Below are positions 26,601 to 38,400 of a stretch of DNA of 64,000 bases, one piece after another. The notes beneath the pieces were generated by a model, which did not search any database, had not been told where the DNA came from, and worked only from the letters and a program-made list of their open reading frames with translations. Source of the DNA: Cenococcum geophilum (taxonomy: Eukaryota); contig CP158635.1 in the NCBI GenBank assembly GCA_050273025.1, positions 31,434,001 to 31,498,000 of the forward strand, in the 5' to 3' direction. The position numbers were made by a program, and so were the translations under genes. How positions within the stretch are numbered: the first letter of the stretch is position 1; every line of letters begins with the position of its first letter.

Positions 26601-26757
26601 AGTAATATTGGTTAATAAAGCTTATTAATTGGAATAAGGGAGGGCGAGAAACTTAAGGCTCCTCGCCACGCTAGTACCGCGGCGACACGTGATGGCAACT
26701 TGCCATTACGTGATGGCAGTTTGCCGTACGTGGCGGCAACTTGCCTTATTCCCGACA
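20606..26757 (-). mobile_element. Ty1/Copia LTR retrotransposon (family C), full length, 208-bp LTRs at 20606-20813 and 26550-26757
   Basis: TSD TATAG (20601-20605 / 26758-26762). Minus-strand order gag-INT-RT-RH. Copia RT motif K(S)RLVI(Q)GYN at ~22515-22548. PPT complement after 20813. Confidence 0.93.
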
Positions 26758-29700
26758 TATAGTTTATATATATAGCTTAATAATATCTACCTTGCTATAT
26801 ATTATTGTCGCTTATACTTACTCTGTAATACTATATTACGTTAACTACTTATACTATTATTAATATATAAAATAAACCTAAAGAGCCTATAACGGCCGCC
26901 AGTATTATATTTATACTTTAAAAATAATTAGTAGGGATATAGAAGTCTTTTATAGACGCCCTTAAATAAAACTAAGCCACTTTAAATTAATAATAAGCTA
27001 AATAAGAAGTATAATACTAGTAATTAATTAAGGACCTCTAAGAAGTCTGCGCCCTTAAGATACCTACGCTAAAACCTTAAGACTAAATGCTATTTCTAGA
27101 GATAAACACGTAGAACGCGAGCCTTAAACCTATAGTAGCTACTTACTCTAAGCTAACTACTACACTAAAATAATCTAAATAACTATTAGATTCCCTAGTA
27201 TTTACTAATAAATAATAAAAGCTCTAATTATTTCTAAGCTAGCTTAAAAATAAGCTAACTAGTAATGCTAACTATTACCTAACTAAAGCTAACTAACTCT
27301 ATTACGCCCTAAGTTAACTAAAAGGAGATATAGCTAACCTTATTAAACCGCTTTAGCCAAACTTAGTATAAAGCCTAGTTATACTTCTTAAAGCTATATA
27401 TAGTAACCTAAACCGCTAAGCTACTGCTTAAAGAAAGATAAACTATATAACTTAAGGAACAAAAAGTTTCCTAGTATACTTCTTTAAATTTAACCGTTAT
27501 ATAAAGAAAATAGGCTAGAATAACTCCGCACTAATTAACAGCCTTATTAAATCTTTAAGCCCTAAACTAAAAACCTTCTTAATAGGCGTAGACCTACTAG
27601 GAGCCCTTAATGCCTATATAAACGTTATTAATAAATAATATAATAATATACTACGCCTAATACTAAAGCCCGCTTTATAATATAATATAGTAACCCTATA
27701 AATATTTACTAAGTTATTATCTTAGCCTAAGCACCCTAACGGTATAGATATTAATACTAGGACCCTAGGGTACGCCCTATTAGGGTCCTTTAAATGAGAA
27801 TAACGCATTAAGCTAGGCCTTTGCTTTAAATATAAAAGTAGCTCTTACCTCTCTAACTACTACTCTATTCCTATACCTAAATACAAATTATAAACGGCTA
27901 ATACTAGCAGCTGTTTACCGCATCGATCTTCCAGTTACCATTCCCGATCTCTACCTAGTTCTAGCCCTATATTTAGTAAGCACTATTTATAAGAACAAAG
28001 CTATAGCCGACGTCCTATAAGAACCCCACCCTAATTGCCTCTAAAAGGAAGGTTTTAGAGCTAAGTCGCTCTCTAGGACGGCTTTACTATAGGATTTTAT
28101 TAAACGCATTTAACGTTATAAACTTTAACTCTTAGGACTATAGTATAACTATTAACTACCGCCTTTAGCAGAATAGTTAATAGGCTAATACTTGAATCCT
28201 AATTAATATAGGAGCTAGCGGTATAGGATTTATTAATAAGATCTTTATATAAGATAATAGTTTTACCTTAACCCCCCTTAACCGGCATATTAACGTATTT
28301 GGATTTAATGGCAAACGCACTATTTTAGGCCGTATTACCCTCGTAGTATTCCTAAGACTCTAATACCTAAACCATAAAGAATTAATTAAACTTTTTGTTA
28401 CCACCCTAGGTTACTTAGTAATTCTTAGATAACCCTAGATAAAGCTATATAAGGTAACTATTAATTAGGACAACTTTAAGCTTCTATTTATCGCCTCCTA
28501 TTATAAGCAGAAGTGCCTTATAACTCGCTGCTTAGACCTAAAACTAAAATTTAAAAAATTTACCATAATCTACCAGTCTAAAATTTCTATAACTATCTAC
28601 CCTATACCTAAGGAATCCACCAGATTCCACCAACCTAGGAATTTTACTAAATTTTACCAACGTAAGATTTCTACTAATGCCCACTCTACGCCTAAGAATT
28701 CTACTAATATCCACTAAGGATCCGAAAACTCCACTAAATTCTATAAGTTATTATTAAACACTATACCGCCCCAAGCTAAGCAAAAGCTTAAGCTCCATAT
28801 ATAAAAATACTAAAAGGATTTTTAAAGAACCCGAACCTAAATCTAATACTAACTCTGTACCTAATACTAAACCTAAACCTAAATAAGAAACTATAGACAA
28901 TCTAAGTAAGCTTAGCACCCTAGATATCTATATAATTAGAGCTACCCCGCTAGCGTAACTTACTAAGAAACCCGAGTATATAATCTTCGCTGTTACAATA
29001 GCCGATATTAAGAAGGCCTTAGTACTAAAAAAGTATACTAACCCTACTATAAAGGTACTAATAGAGTATTATTATCGCCTAGATATATTCTTATAAAAGA
29101 AAGCCGATAAGCTATTAAAATACCGACTATATAACTATAAGATTATACTTAAAGAAGGAAAGTAGCCTAGATTTAGACCCTTATACGGGATGTCCTAAAA
29201 TAAACTTTAAGTGCTATAAAAGTATTTAAACAAGAACCTAAGCAAAGGATTTATTAGAGTAAGCTCGTCGCCTATAGCTATACTAGTGATCTTTATTAAG
29301 AAACCTAGCAGCGGTTTGCGCTTTTATATAGACTACTAAGCTCTTAACGCTATTACTATTAAGAACTAATATCCGATCCCGTTAATATAAGAGATACTAA
29401 ACTAACTAAGTAAGGCTCGTTACTATATAAAGCTTAATATTATCTCTACATTTAACCGTCTCCGTATTATAAAAGGGGATAAATAGCTTACTGTATTTTA
29501 TACCCGATATAGACTATTTAAATACTTAGTAATACCCTTTAGCCTCATAAACGCTCTAAGCTCGTTTTAATATTATATAAATAATACTCTACGCCCCTAC
29601 CTAAACATCTTCTATACTACTTATATTAATAATATCCTAATATACAGTAATAACCTAACCAAATATTAGAAATATATTAACTTTATTTTATATATTAGGA

Positions 29701-29795
29701 AAAAATTTACCAGCATTTTTGCAGTATTTGGCAGCATTTGGCCGCCAAATGCGCATTCCGCGCACTATAACGTGTAGCGTATGGTATCGACTAAG

Positions 29796-29980
29796 GTGCG
29801 GCATACTGCTGCATTCAACAATGCAGTGCGGCATACTGCTGCATTTAACAATGCAGTGCGGCATACTGCTGTATCTAACAATGTAGTGCGGCATACTGCT
29901 GTATCTAATAATGCAGTGCGGCATACTGCTGTATCTAACAATGCAGTGCGGCATACTGCTGTATTTAACAATACAGTGCA
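29796..29980. repeat. 30-bp minisatellite (~6 units, GTGCGGCATACTGCTGTATCTAACAATGCA)
   Basis: Direct tandem copies visible. Confidence 0.95.
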
Positions 29981-30169
29981 GCTAATTACGCATTTTGCGC
30001 ATTCTGTACATAATGCCCTCCTCGCACATTCTGTACATAATGCCCTTCTCGCGCATTCTATATATCTTGCTTACTTTAAGCAATAAATAAGTATTACTCT
30101 TCCTACGCAGTTGGTGCAAAATAAATTATATTATTTTAGATAATTTAATATATAGCGACGGTTCTCTTC

Positions 30170-30350
30170 TACCTGCCTACCTGCCTACCTACTAACCTAC
30201 CTACCTACCTACCTACCGACCTACCTACCTGCCTGCCTACCTGTCTGTCTGTCTATCTGTCTATCTGTCTATCTATCTGTCTGTCTGTCTATACCTACCC
30301 GTCTATGCCTACCTATCTGTGCCTACCTGTCTGTGCCTACCTGTCTATGT
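30170..30350. repeat. Compound tetranucleotide microsatellite (CCTA/CCTG/TCTG/TCTA)
   Basis: Direct inspection. Confidence 0.9.
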
Positions 30351-30414
30351 CACCTTGATTCGATCGATCGATCGAATCGTTTATCGTGTTCGCTAGCTGG
30401 TCGTTCGAACGGTT

Positions 30415-30757
30415 GTCGTGTGGCTCTGGCGACGGTCGTGTGGCGATGACGACGGTCGTCTAGCTCCGGCGACGGTCGTCTAGCTCTGACGACGGTCGTC
30501 TGGCTCTGACGGTCGTCCAGCTCTGGCGACGGTTATCTGGCTCCGGCGACGGTCGTCCAGCTCTGACGACGGTCGTCCAGCTCTGACGACGGTCGTCTAA
30601 CTCTGACGACGGTCGTCTGGCTCTGACGACGGTCATCTGGCTCTGACGACGATCGTCCAGCTCTGGCGACGGTCATCTGGCTCCGGCGACGGTCGTCTAG
30701 CTCTAACGACGGTCGTCTGGCTCTGACGGTCGTCTAGCTCCGGCGACGGTCGTCTGC
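30415..30757. repeat. 21-bp minisatellite (GCTCTGACGACGGTCGTCTG-like, ~16 units)
   Basis: Direct tandem copies, each with an internal GACGACGGTCGTC inverted repeat. Confidence 0.95.
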
Positions 30758-30897
30758 TGGCTGTCGTTCTGGTGTCTTCCTAGGTAGGGAGGATGTAAGG
30801 AAGGGTAAAAAATGAGGTGGCTACCTAGGTGTATATAGGGGGTATACTTGGCAGAGGCACGTGTAGAGGCTATCGGGAATATAGCGGGGACCCGATG

Positions 30898-31122
30898 CGG
30901 AGCTTCGTGTAGAGCCTCCGTACGCAGAGCTTCGCGCAGAGCCTTGTGCAGAGCCTCTGTACGCAGAGCTTTATATAGAGCCTTGTGTAGAGCTTCGTGC
31001 AGAGCTTCGCGTAGAGCTTCGTGTAGAGCTTCGTGCAGAGCTTCGTGTAGAGCTTCGTGTAGAGCTTCGTGCAGAACTTCGTGTAGAACTTCGTGCAGAG
31101 CTTCGTGCAGAGCTTCGTGCAG
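30898..31122. repeat. 12-bp minisatellite (GCAGAGCTTCGT)n
   Basis: Direct tandem copies; accounts for the HEAL-repeat ORFs in the ORF track. Confidence 0.95.
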
Positions 31123-34100
31123 CATTTAATTTTACTTTTCTGCCATTTTAGCATTTTCTAGCATTTAGCAGCTAAATGCTAATACTTAATTATAAATGCG
31201 GCATTTGGCGCTAAATACTAGTACTTAATAATAAATGCCGCATTTAGCTACTAAATGCTAGAAAATGCTAGAAATGCTAGAAAATGCTAAAATGGCAGAA
31301 AAGTAAAATCAGATGCTGGTAAATTTTTTCCTAACGTAAGCCCTATACGGAGCTAGTTTATAATTAGATATAGATAAATATAAGTTTTATAAAATAGAAG
31401 TTCTATACCTTAGACTTCTTATTTTTATAAATAGTATATAAATAGACCTAAAGAAAGTTAAAGTAATTATAAACTGGTAAGAACCTAAGAATGTTAAGAA
31501 TGTAAGAGCCTTTATAGGATTTGCTAATTTCTACTAATAATTTATTAATAACTTCTCCGCCCTAGTTTTACCCCTTATAGCTCTAACCTAAAAGGATAAA
31601 GTCTTTATCTTTAATAAGGAATATAAGAAGGCCTTTACCTATCTAAAGGTTATATTTACTACTACGCCTATACTTTAATACTTTAACCTAAACTAAATAA
31701 GTGTTATAGAAGCCGACTTATCTAACTACGTTACTAGAGGTATCCTATTTTAATATAACGAGGATAGAGTATTATACCCTATAGTATACTTCTTAAAATA
31801 ACTAAGCCTAGCTAAATATAACTACGAGATCTATAATAAGGAATTGTTAGCTATTATTAGATGTTTTAAATAATGGCGATATAAACTAGAAGGCGCTAGA
31901 TTTCCAATTAAGGTCCTTAGCGACTATAAGAACCTATAGTACTTTACGACTATAAAATAGCTAAGTTATTATTAGGCCCGCTAGTTAGAATATCTATCTT
32001 ATTTTTAATTCTTAATTATGTACCGCCTAGGCGTTTAAGGCTAGAAGCCTAATACCCTAACCTAACGCTTACAAGACGCGCTAGCCCTAGAAGAAGCGCG
32101 CTTTTACTAAAATTAGACCCTACTTTGCCCTAAACTATTTAACCCTCCTACTAAAGATCTTACGGTATACATCCTTAAAATAACTAATTAATTAATTAAA
32201 TAGATTATAGTTAACAAATACCCAAATAATAAGTTTATTTAAGAGACGCTTAAGCTAATATAAGATGGCATTAGACGCTTTAAAAAGATTTCTCTAAGTA
32301 AATATAAAGCCTATAGAAATCGCTTATATTACTAAAACCATCTAGTTATCCCTAATTATAATAAGCTTAAGCTTAAACTCCTTAAACACGTATATAATTT
32401 ACTTATCACTAGCTACCTAGGCTAAGAAAAGACCCTAGAATTACTTTAATAGGAGTATTATTAGCCGAATATATACAATATAATATAAAGGTATATCTTT
32501 AGCTGCTATACCTACCAATAAGCTAAAGCCTTATATAAGACATATAACGGTCTTTTAAAGCCACTACCTATTCCGGACCAAAGATAAAAGGATATTTTAA
32601 TTAACTTTATTATTAGCCTTCCTAAGAGTAGAGGCTGTATAAATAATATAGTAGTTATAGACTAACTATCTAAAATAAGATACTTAATCGCCTACCCTAA
32701 TATATTAACGCTTACCATTGCCTAACTATTCCTAGATTTTATATAGAAACTCTATAGACTCCCCAAAACAATTATCTCCGATAAAAGCAGCTAGTTTATC
32801 TTAGCATTCTAGAAAAAACTAACTACTTAACTCTATATTAAAGCACTATTATCTATTACGTATTACCTAGAAATAGATAGCCAAATAAAATATATAAATA
32901 CTATAATGGAATAGTATATTTAGATATATACGTCGTATTTATAGAATAACTGAATTAACTGGCTTATATTCGCTAAGTTTACTATAAATAATTCCGTCTC
33001 GGAAACTATAAAAGTCTCCCCATTCCTAGCTAATTACGGCTAGTACCTATAAATAGGGTTTAAACCCTTTAGTAATATTTCTTACCCCGCTTATTACGCC
33101 TTATAAGTTATAAAAGTAAATAAATTTATAAAGAAGATAAAGGAACTATAATAGTTCCTTACTAATAAGATAATATAGGCTTAATCTATCTATAAAGCTG
33201 TAGTAAATAAGAAACGAACCCTAGTATTAGCCTACTAAATTAGTAATTTTGTCTAGCTAGATATAAGAAATCTAAACATAAAACAACCTACTAAGAAACT
33301 TAATTAGAAGAACGCTGGCCCTTATAAGGTTAAAAAGGTTATCTCTCCTTATACCTACTAACTAAAGCTCCCTAATATGGTTAAAATCCACCCTATATTC
33401 TATACGTCAGTCCTTTACCCTACTGCCCCTATATTAGACGCCCTGCCTAAATAGATATAAGACCCTCCCCTACTAGTTAAAGTAGATAGTAAGAAAGAGT
33501 ACTTTATTAAAAGAATTAATAATATTAAGTATAATAAACGGAAACGCTAATATATATATCTTATAAAATGGAGAGGCTTTACTAAGTCCTTATGGGAACC
33601 CGTTAACTCTATAGGACTTATATAAGCTATAGAAGACTTTTATAAACTCTACCTAGAACTACTATAGCCCTATCTCGCAGAAGCTTGAGTTTAAAGGGGA
33701 AGTACTATTATAAAACACCCCTATAACACCTTATACACATCTACCTATTTCTACTAACTTAGTAATTAGAGATTAACCACGAAATAGCAATCTAATGGCA
33801 ATCTAATGGCAATCTAACGGCAATCTATGGCATTCTGCTATATTCTACCAAGTTTTACTAAATTCTGCCAAGTTCTGCTAGGACTATAACCTAAACCCTA
33901 TTCTGCCTATATACGTATTAACTAAGCAACTAAGTTAATAATATATGCCCTTTCTTCTCGTTTTCCTACCTCCTTTCCTTATATAACGTCTTAACCTCCT
34001 TACACAGTTTATATATATAGCTTAATAATATCTACCTTGCTATATATTATCGTCGCTTATACTTACTCCGTGACAGTTAAGGCACTTTTTTATCTATACT

Positions 34101-34220
34101 TAGTAAGAAAAACCTAATTTATACTATAAAAGTTAAACGAGTTATTATTTAAAGCACGTTAGGCATAAGACTCTAGACCGTTTAGCGTTTTTTAGGGAAG
34201 TAAGGTATATATAAAAGCTA

Positions 34221-35022
34221 TAGCCGTTTCAATATTATCGGTAAAAATCGCTAAGCCGCACGACGCGCATCGCCCCCTCCATTAAAACAATACGCCCCCT
34301 TATAGTCCCACCAATATAGCTCTATATTTTATTCATAGAGGCTTATTTATATAATTTAGGGCTGTTTTAGCGAAGTTATAAGGGGTACTTATTTCTAGTT
34401 GGATAGCGAGCGCAGAGTCTCAATTTAAGCTTTACGGCCACCCCCTATAGCCCCGCCAATACAGCTCTATGTTTAATAAATAAAGGCCAGTTTTATAGCC
34501 CTGGAATAGAACTATAAAATAGGCCTCTATTTATAAAATATAGAGCTAGATTAGTGGGGCTATAGGGGGTATACTACTGTTTTAGAAATATCTAAAAAAC
34601 CGCCAAACCGCAACAGTATATCACCCTATATAATTCCACCAATATTAGTCCAATTTATATATATAGAGTCCCATTTTATAGCTCTATTCTAGGGCTATAA
34701 AAGAGGTCTCTATTTATTAAATATATAGCTGTATTGCTACGGCTATAGGGGGTGGCTGTAAAACTTAAATTAAGGCTCTGCACTGACTAATCTGACCCTC
34801 TATTCCTAGAAATAAGCACCCCCTATAACTTCGCCAAAACAGCCCTAAACTATATAAATAGGGGCTTATTCTATAGCCCTAGAATAGAACTATAAAATTA
34901 ACCTCTATTTATAAAATATAGAGCTATATTAGTAGAGCTATAAAGGGGTGTATTGCTTTAATGGAGGGGGCGATGCGCGTCGTGCGGCTTGGCGATTTTT
35001 ACCGATAATATTAAAACGGCTG
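34221..35022. mobile_element. MITE/foldback of Tc1-mariner type, 802 bp, TIRs of at least 110 bp beginning CAGCCG
   Basis: TA at 34219-34220 and 35023-35024. Long inverted termini. Internal direct and inverted copies of GAGCTATATT-type units. Confidence 0.9.
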
Positions 35023-35474
35023 TAAACAGTTCTACTAGACTAATATACTTATTCTTTACTTATCCCGTAAAAAAGTAAATAAAGATGCTATAAGTTAAGT
35101 AGTAGCTCCTAAGATAATCTAGATCTTAAAGGGGATAATATTAAGCTCTATACCGTAATTGTCTCCGTTAAAAGGTAAAACTATTATTAATATTATTATA
35201 TACCACAGTACGACCTATTATTGTTAATTTTAATAATATTATCCTAATAGATAGTTCTATTCTTATTAGATAAAAGCCTATAAACCCTAAGCGACCTTAA
35301 GACATTTAAAACCCACACTTAAAAAAAAATGTATGCGTTACTTAGATAAATAACTACTATAGGATAACTTCGGACAATATAAAGCAGCTACTTAGCCCAG
35401 TTAATATAAAGATATATAGTATTGCTTAGATACGTCTTATTATATAAGTAATAATAGGCTCTATACCTAAAGAG

Positions 35475-38400
35475 TATTAGCGACTTAGTTAATCAAGACA
35501 TAAGTACGGCAAAAGGGTCGCGCAAGCCTATACAATTGGATTGTTTATAAACGAGAATCTAAAGCTAGGAAAAGGAAAGGAGAAGAAGAGTAGCGCCATT
35601 CGGTATTTTATAAGATCTTTACGTTACGTAATCGCAATATGCGGCAATCTGTAGCAATCTGTAGTAACTTGCCAGTGTGAAGTTCTACTAAGTTCTACCA
35701 AGTTCTGCCAGTACTATAACATTACCCCCCCCCTCTAAAAAAGCCTGCCCTTAGGCTTTGTTGCTAAAAGTCTTAGCAAGAGAATCTAACTAATTAGATA
35801 ACTTTAACCGCTAGTTAAAGTTCCTAGATATCTTAACACCTTATATAACTAAGAAATTTCTAGGGCGTTTTTATCCTTATATTCTTCTAGTAGCTTATTA
35901 TCTTTATTATACTAGCATTCTATCTACTTGTCTAGGTACTTTAGCGGTCCGGGTTTATTAGGGTAACGGCTATAGAACTCCTAGAGCTTATAGGGACTAC
36001 CTATAAAGTTCTATATAGGGTACTAAGTGGGGTCTAGATTATATCCTTTCCAACTAATACGATACTTTAACGTTCCCTTTATAAGTTTATAGGCTAGCAC
36101 TTCTTTAATTTCCTATTTATTATCGCTAATAACTTAAATTAGTAGGGGAGGTCTATTCTTTTATTTAGGTAGTAGGTTATTTATAGCTTTCTATAGCTTA
36201 TCCGGTAAGAAGATAGGGTAAACTTTAATTAAGTCTGGGAGCTTAACCTTATACAAGTTGCCTACTTTATTAAGAATCTTATACGGTCTTACTATCTTAT
36301 AGTCCAGCTTACGGCTAAGCCGTTCTATCTTTTAGTTCTTTATTATAATCTAGACTATATCGCCTATAGTAAAGTTAGGCTCGCGCCTATACTTATTCGC
36401 CTACTATTCTATTAATTTCTAGGCCTTTTTTAGGGTTATATAGGCTACTTTCTAGGCTTCTTCTAAGCGCTTAGCGTACTTCTAGGCTTCCTTATAAGAT
36501 AGTTTTTCGCGTATAGTTTAGGGCCCTTCTAGTCTTTCCTAGTTAAAGCTTATATGGGGTAGGTAACCCATTTCTAGTTAAATAGGGGCAAATCCGGTAG
36601 AGTTATGGGGTAGGGTCGCTTAGGCGTAGTTTATTAAGGGTAATAGTTTAGCCTAGTTATCCTAGAAGTAGTTAATAAAAGGCCGGAGTCTCTAGTCTAA
36701 GTATTAATTTATAATCTCTATTTAACCGTCTATCTAGGGGTAATATACCGTAGAAAGCTTTAGCTTAATGCCTAAGATCTAGGTAAACTTATTCTAAAAG
36801 GCTAAAATAAACTGCGGCTTATAGTCGGATATAATAGTATCTAGTAGTCCATAAATTTAGTAGATATAGTAGATATATAGCTAGGCTGCCTCTTTAGTAT
36901 TAATATTTTTATAATAAGGAATTAAGAACGGGCGCTTACTAAAGCGGTTAACTAGGATTATAACTATATTATATCCGTTACAGTCTAGAGGTAGCTTATA
37001 AAAGTCTATAAAGATATATTGCTAGGGGCGGTTAGGTATTAGGAGGGGTTTTAATAGTCCTAGGGTTTTATCTTGTGGAATTGTAGACCTATAGCAGTTA
37101 TTACAGTTCCGTATATAGCGGTTAATATTTATAATTATTTTAGGCTAGTAGTAGCGGTTGCTAATAATCCTACGGGTCTTATTTTTTTTAGGGTAGGCCG
37201 TAGAGACCTAGGTATATACTTCGGTAATAGGCTGGGTCCGTAAGTTCTGTTCCTTTATTACTACTAGCCATTTATGGTGCTTAAGTAGTCCACTTTTAAG
37301 GGACTATAGGCTAGAAACGTTCTTTACCTTTTTACAGTACTCCTATAGAGATGGGGCCGTACAGTTTACCTATAGTAGTTTATTAATAAGGTTTAGTTCT
37401 ATAGAGTTAATAGGGCATATCTCGGCATCTAAAGAGTCTATATTTAGTTTTGCTTATATCTAGAAGTTAAGGTGCTCTAGTTATAGTAGCGCTTAGGTCT
37501 GTAATAAGATCTTTATGGCTATCTAGTTATTTATATCCTATTTACGCCTTATAAGAGTATCTGCATAGTTAGTAGCGCCTAGCCTATATATAATTAGGAA
37601 GTTAAACTAAGATAGGGTATCCGCCTAGCGCGCCTATTAGGCTATAAGGGCCTTTATTGTTATAAAATATTCTAAGGCCTTATAATCGGAAACTACCTAG
37701 ATAAACTCGGGGGTACCTTTTAGTTAGGCTCGCTAGTGCTAAAAGCTAGAGATAATAGCCAGTATTTCCTTATTATAAATTAGGTAGTTTAGCTTAGCAT
37801 CTACTATAGTCTTTAAATAGTAAGTAATAGGGTGCTATTCTCTATTTATCTGCTTTTAGGAGTAAACGCTAGCTATAATACTATTTAAGGCATCGGTTTC
37901 TAGCATTAAGGGACGTTTTAGGTTAAAGTAGGTAAGTAAGGGAGTAGAGACCAGTTATTTCTTAAGCTCGTTAAAGGCCTGCCTATATACAGTGTTAAAG
38001 TAAAAGGGCCGGTCCTTATAGGTAAGTAGGCTTAGTAGCTAGGTAATTCTGCTATAGTTTTTAATAAAGCATTAATAGAAGTTATAGAACCCTAAGAATA
38101 ACTATACCCCCTTTACGGTCCTTAGGGGTACCTATTAGTTAATTACGGCTATATTTTCTAGGTCTGCCTTAATCCCGTTTATACTAATAATAAACCCTAG
38201 GTACTTTATACGCTTAATACTAAATTCTAACTTTTTAATATTAGCTTAGAGGCTAGCTTCCTAAAGCCGTTATAAGACTTTATAGATATACTCTTTATAT
38301 TCTAGTTCGTTTTTAGAGTAGATTATAATATTATCTAGGTATACTGTATAGAAGTTATTAAGGTAGTTAAATAGTACGTTATTTATATATCGTTGGTATA

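Larger units (their letters stand above)
29693..31336. mobile_element. Non-autonomous DNA transposon (1644 bp) with ~24-bp TIRs CGTYAGGAAAAAATTTACCAGCAT, filled with tandem repeats
   Basis: Inverted termini at 29693 and 31336. 2-bp TA duplication relative to the uninterrupted RT of family B copy 1 (~8691-8712). GCATTT/AAATGC subterminal motifs. Confidence 0.9.
20304..34075 (+). mobile_element. Ty3/Gypsy family B, copy 2, full length (5' LTR 20304-26830 split by Copia C; 3' LTR 33706-34075)
   Basis: TSD GTTAA (20299-20303 / 34076-34080). Reverse complement of copy 1. LI(D)(T)GAS protease ~28200, YI(DD)I RT ~29622, integrase ~32380-33060, chromodomain ~33500-33650. Confidence 0.95.

Noticed and set aside
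30415..30757. CRISPR-like array of palindromic 21-mers
   Set aside because: Units are contiguous with no unique spacers, the context is fungal TE DNA, and there are no cas genes.
29688..31154. ORF-track proteins with VRHTA, HEAL, CRAS and CTKL repeats
   Set aside because: They are translations of 30-bp and 12-bp minisatellites, open in several frames on both strands, inside a non-autonomous transposon.
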